Assembly: GCA_000175855.1 (NCBI GenBank)
Contig: ACYB01000027.1
Coordinates: 870 to 32,869 of the forward strand
Direction of reading: 5' to 3'
DNA from: Raphidiopsis brookii D9
GTDB taxonomy: Bacteria; Cyanobacteriota; Cyanobacteriia; Cyanobacteriales; Nostocaceae
DNA length: 32,000 nt
The notes below the pieces were generated by a model that was not told the origin of the DNA, searched no databases, and was given only the letters and a program-made list of their open reading frames with translations. Within the stretch, counting starts at the first letter, position 1. The number at the start of each line of letters is the position of its first letter. Below, piece by piece: positions 30,025 to 32,000 of the stretch. Both the position numbers and the translations under genes were made by a program.

Positions 30025-31830
30025 TTACTTAATCCCATTTGGACTGAAAAAAGCTAGATTGGATTGATTGACTGTTGGCACTAAAACCCCCCTATCTAAA
30101 TACTTATTCCCCCTTTCACAAGATGTTTCAGGACTGAATAAACAAGCATGACAAGCAGCCCAATGCAAAGAAGTCATACCCTGAAATGGTGTGTGTTCTG
30201 CACATAAAGGATCGGATGTACATAATTCCATTTGCTGTAAAGCTTGGCGAATATGATAACTTAACTTCTCAGGAACGCCCAAACTGACTAATCCGCCCAA
30301 AGTTCCTTCACTGTCTGGTGATGCCGTATAAATTAATATACCCGCCATCGGACCTTCTTCTTCTTCTGGACGTTTAGAGTAAATTCTTTCTTTTAAACTA
30401 GCTGCATTATATCCACATTCTACAGACATTTGTCGCATTAGGGCATGAGCAAAAGAGTGTAACAAAATATATCTTACATCGGAAAATTTGACTTTTGTAG
30501 GATCAAGGCTACGCACTTTACACCACTGTTGATGAGCTTCTACGATTTCATTTTGGTAATCTTGCAATGGTTGACTTTTTTCCCATTGATTTAATTTTGC
30601 TTCATTAAATTCTATGAATATACCTTCTCCTTTACATTCAGTTGCTATTACCCATTTTGGCTGATTACGACTTAGTTTTACTTTACATTCCTGGGGGATT
30701 TCACCAAAATCTAGAAATTCTCCCGGTGATTGAATACGTGTAAACCCAATCAATGCACAAACTTCTCGTAATCTTTCAGCCAAGATAATTTGTGCAAAGT
30801 AGTCCCGATAATCTATGGGCAATTCAACTTTTCTTAGGTGGAAATCGGATGTATTTAATCCAGGGTCACATTGACGAATTACTTGCCATTCTGGAGTTTT
30901 TAAGTCTGTGGCTTTATGACTATCGGGAACATCCAATGTTTGACTTTGTATTTGATTTTTCATTGCCGAGATTATTTCCCAGACTTTTTCTGTACTATAT
31001 TTTGATAATTCTTGTAATAGTTCAGGGAAGCTACCTATGGCTCGTAGTAGTTCTAAATTACTTTTTAAACTTATAAGGTCAGTAGCCTTATTTAAAATAT
31101 GCCAGTTTTGCGAAATTATTTGCGATAGTAATTTATCGTAACTTTGCGGGATAGAAAGGGCTGAAAGTGTAATCGAAAACCAGCTATTTGAAGCACCCAA
31201 TAAAATGGTTTTCATTTGTTGGTCACAGACATCATCAAAAGTTCTCAAATGAGGATGACGACCACGACAGCGAGGCATATTTTGTTTAGCCTTTTCACCA
31301 AAAGCATCCGATAGGGGACGCCGTTGATCACATGTGTCACAAATTACAAAAATATCACTGGGAGAGCCAGATATACCATATTCTTCAAATCTCAATTTAC
31401 CCGAACATTGACTATTTGTGCGGTGAACAAAATAATGCCAAGGAAAATCATCTAAATGTCCCCTTTCACAGGAAACTAGAAATCTGACAGGGAAGACATC
31501 GGGTGTTGTTTTACTTTGGTTGCAATTTGGATGAACATATTTAATTTGATCTGGTCGGCGGCCATTTTCTTTCAATTGAAAAAGTCCTGATGATAGTGAT
31601 CCTAAAAGATGGCATTGGGGACAAACCATCCATCCAGGAAAGGGTGCAACGGGAATACCTATTTTATTATTCTCATCAAATGGAGAATAGGGTGTAGATG
31701 TATTATTTTCCTGTGGAATGGGTGGTAAAAGCAGTTTTTCAACCTGGGAACCCAATTCCTGACGAACAGCAGCTAGTAGTCTAGGTTCATTTAATTCAAT
31801 TGTTGTATTGTCTATGTTCCAGAGTCTCAA
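30025..31830 (-). CDS. drmB: DrmB-like, DUF1998 domain protein (DISARM-family component)
   Basis: 601 aa; WMVCPQC, FLVSCERGHLDDFPWHYFVH, VICDTC, DVRYILLHSFAHALMRQMSVECGYNAASLKERIY, LCTSDPLCAEH...LHWAACHACLFSPETSCERGNKYLDR. TTG start at 31828-31830 with an in-frame stop close upstream. Confidence 0.8.
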   Translation of the reverse strand: MRLWNIDNTTIELNEPRLLAAVRQELGSQVEKLLLPPIPQENNTSTPYSPFDENNKIGIPVAPFPGWMVCPQCHLLGSLSSGLFQLKENGRRPDQIKYVHPNCNQSKTTPDVFPVRFLVSCERGHLDDFPWHYFVHRTNSQCSGKLRFEEYGISGSPSDIFVICDTCDQRRPLSDAFGEKAKQNMPRCRGRHPHLRTFDDVCDQQMKTILLGASNSWFSITLSALSIPQSYDKLLSQIISQNWHILNKATDLISLKSNLELLRAIGSFPELLQELSKYSTEKVWEIISAMKNQIQSQTLDVPDSHKATDLKTPEWQVIRQCDPGLNTSDFHLRKVELPIDYRDYFAQIILAERLREVCALIGFTRIQSPGEFLDFGEIPQECKVKLSRNQPKWVIATECKGEGIFIEFNEAKLNQWEKSQPLQDYQNEIVEAHQQWCKVRSLDPTKVKFSDVRYILLHSFAHALMRQMSVECGYNAASLKERIYSKRPEEEEGPMAGILIYTASPDSEGTLGGLVSLGVPEKLSYHIRQALQQMELCTSDPLCAEHTPFQGMTSLHWAACHACLFSPETSCERGNKYLDRGVLVPTVNQSNLAFFSPNGIK

Positions 31831-32000
31831 GGAGAAAAAGTAAGTCTCTCATTTTTCTTTGTTCTCGCAATTAAAGCGCGAACTCTTTTCTCTTGATCTT
31901 ACCCCTTTTTTTCCTTAACCGAACAGTATTGCTTAGCAACAATATTAACACCTGGTGCTTTTTGTTATCCCTATCGTATGGGAGAAAGGAGAGGTGCATT

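Noticed and set aside
30025-31830. Treating the DrmB-like gene and the left-end SNF2/methylase pair as one intact DISARM system
   Set aside because: They are about 24 kb apart with housekeeping genes between, drmA and drmC are not visible, and the methylase core is missing. Only a relationship is suggested.

Overview
This is a cyanobacterial chromosomal window, judged from HIP1 palindromes, Ycf65/PSRP-3, cyanobacterial-type SigA and the atpD/atpC pair. The core is housekeeping: tldD, murG, ycf65/psrp-3, atpC, atpD, ExbB/ExbD, sppA, aroH-type chorismate mutase, HU, a cobC/cobD-type aminotransferase, rpoD/sigA, gyrB and miaA. Both ends carry defence-type genes. The left end has a 1413-aa protein that reads as PLD nuclease, then an IPT/TIG-like domain, then an SNF2 helicase. 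Directly upstream in the same orientation is a type IIG/ISP-like adenine methylase that has lost its central catalytic core, leaving two out-of-frame pieces. The right end has a DrmB/DUF1998-family protein whose N-terminus appears short and which sits next to a small hairpin. gyrB is interrupted by a 153-aa mini-intein (27137..27595) inserted just after the TOPRIM EGDSAGG motif. Three single-nucleotide frameshifts (near 8111, 12851-12854 and 14590-14595) split or truncate otherwise natural-looking genes; they may be sequencing errors or early gene decay. I found no rRNA, tRNA, CRISPR array or complete IS element.
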